From: a virus
DNA: 17,578 nt
Reading direction: 5' to 3' (one strand)
UHGV virus genome: UHGV-0168812
Of the stretch, positions 16,598 through 17,578 are shown in pieces; the first letter of the stretch is position 1, and each line of letters begins with the position of its first letter. The position numbers and the translations under genes are program-made. The notes beneath the pieces are model-generated. The model did not search any database, had not been told where the DNA came from, and worked only from the letters and a program-made list of their open reading frames with translations.

Positions 16598-16685
16598 TGA
16601 CAAATCCGCCAGAGCTATCGCATACTGACCGCACTACAACGTCAGCGGTCAACCGCACCCGATAGCTTTGCGGCTTTTTTATGCC
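16598..16685 (+). ncRNA. Candidate small structured RNA or regulatory leader: promoter, nested inverted repeats, T-tract
   Basis: TTGACA (16598-16603), 18-nt spacer, CATACT (16622-16627); downstream GACCGC...GCGGTC and AGCTATCG...CGATAGCT inverted repeats, then TTGCGGCTTTTTT (16669-16681). No ORF with a start codon fits. Confidence 0.3.
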
Positions 16686-16834
16686 TGTTTACAGGTATCG
16701 CCATATCTATGGCGGGTCGAGAGAGCCTAATAGAACACCCTTTCGGGAAATAAGCTCCGCCGTCTGACGCGGTAGTTGAAGCCCGCCACCCCACTAAGGT
16801 GGCAGTCAATACTAAAACGTCAGGAGTCATGATT

Positions 16835-17458
16835 ATGGCTATTCAACTCATCCCCGTATTCAACGGCACTATCGCCAACGAAACCACTCTTCTCGTTAAT
16901 GCTCGCGATTTACATACTTTTCTTGGGGTAGGTAAACGCTTTGCATCGTGGATTACAGAACGCATTGCTGAATATGGTTTCGTTGAAAATCAGGACTATA
17001 TTTTGGTTTCCCCAAATCGGGAAATCAAAGGTCGAGGAGGCGATCGCCGTAGCAAAGACTATCACCTCACCCTCGATACGGCCAAAGAAACTGCGATGGT
17101 CGAGCGCAACGAAAAAGGCCGCCAGATACGCCGATACTTCATCGAGTGCGAAAAGAAACTTCGCAGCATGCAACCAGCGCAGCAATTCACAGACGAGGAA
17201 ATCATCCTCCTCTGCTACATGCAGGTACAGATGGAGAATGCACAGGACATCTGCAAACGCCTGTACCCGATAATGAAGGAACTTAACTCATCATACGCGA
17301 GTAAGCTGTATGACATTGCGTTTGAAACCTTCTATGCGGTGACGAAAAACAGAGATGTACTGCTCAGGGAGGCGACACGACTTGACCAGGCAAGCGCCGT
17401 TTTCGAACGGGCAAGACCAATGTTGAAAAGCCTTCGGGCGAGACAATTCGAATTTTAA
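16835..17458 (+). CDS. AntA-domain antirepressor-like protein, about 207 aa
   Basis: Start at ATG 16835 (AGGAG 9 nt upstream); ...LLVNARDLHTFLGVGKRFASWITERIAEYGFVENQDYILV matches the AntA N-terminal domain pattern as I recall it; C-terminal half unassigned. Confidence 0.65.
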   Translation: MAIQLIPVFNGTIANETTLLVNARDLHTFLGVGKRFASWITERIAEYGFVENQDYILVSPNREIKGRGGDRRSKDYHLTLDTAKETAMVERNEKGRQIRRYFIECEKKLRSMQPAQQFTDEEIILLCYMQVQMENAQDICKRLYPIMKELNSSYASKLYDIAFETFYAVTKNRDVLLREATRLDQASAVFERARPMLKSLRARQFEF

Positions 17459-17464
17459 TCATCA

Positions 17465-17486
17465 AAGGAGCTTCGGCTCCTTTTTT
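17465..17486 (+). terminator. Intrinsic terminator after the AntA-like gene
   Basis: GGAGC-TTCG-GCTCC hairpin (17467-17480) followed by TTTTTT. Confidence 0.8.
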
Positions 17487-17543
17487 GTTGGAGAAAAATC
17501 AACCACTACTCGTTCCCTTGCGAGTAATTGCGGAGACTTTGCG

Positions 17544-17578
17544 ATGTACTTGACACTTCAGGAGTGGAACGCTCGCCA
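17544..17578 (+). CDS. xis: Excisionase Xis, first 11 codons only (gene continues beyond window end)
   Basis: ATG at 17544 followed by codons for MYLTLQEWNAR, which matches the lambda Xis N-terminus from memory; only 35 nt available. Confidence 0.55.
   Translation, partial: MYLTLQEWNAR

Noticed and set aside
1-17578. CRISPR arrays, rRNA or insertion-sequence terminal repeats
   Set aside because: No regularly spaced direct repeats with unique spacers, no rRNA-like segment and no transposase-like ORF were seen.

Overview
This window looks like the early/regulatory half of a mosaic lambdoid prophage from an enterobacterium (lambda / P22 / phage-21 modules), read here in reverse lambda orientation. 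Left to right: a phage-21-type lysis cassette start (SAR endolysin N-terminus and pinholin, minus strand), a lambda-type late control region (tR', 6S leader, qut/pR', Q), lambda phosphatase and a nin region (ninG interrupted by a stop codon, ninF, ninE, ninB), an AT-rich HNH endonuclease insert, a replication module (O-like initiator with internal iterons plus a primase-helicase), cII, nutR, cro, operators, cI, a two-gene cassette between cI and pL (the lambda rexAB position), pL/nutL, an N-like antiterminator, and an early-left operon (Rad52-like annealing protein, SSB, DnaQ-like exonuclease, Ea22-like, DUF551, AntA-like) ending in the first codons of xis. No rRNA, tRNA or CRISPR array was seen. 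The strongest candidates for something undescribed are the cassette between cI and pL, the AT-rich gene just after N, and the structured non-coding element upstream of the AntA-like gene. All family assignments rest on reading the translations and recalling known phage proteins; no database search was run.
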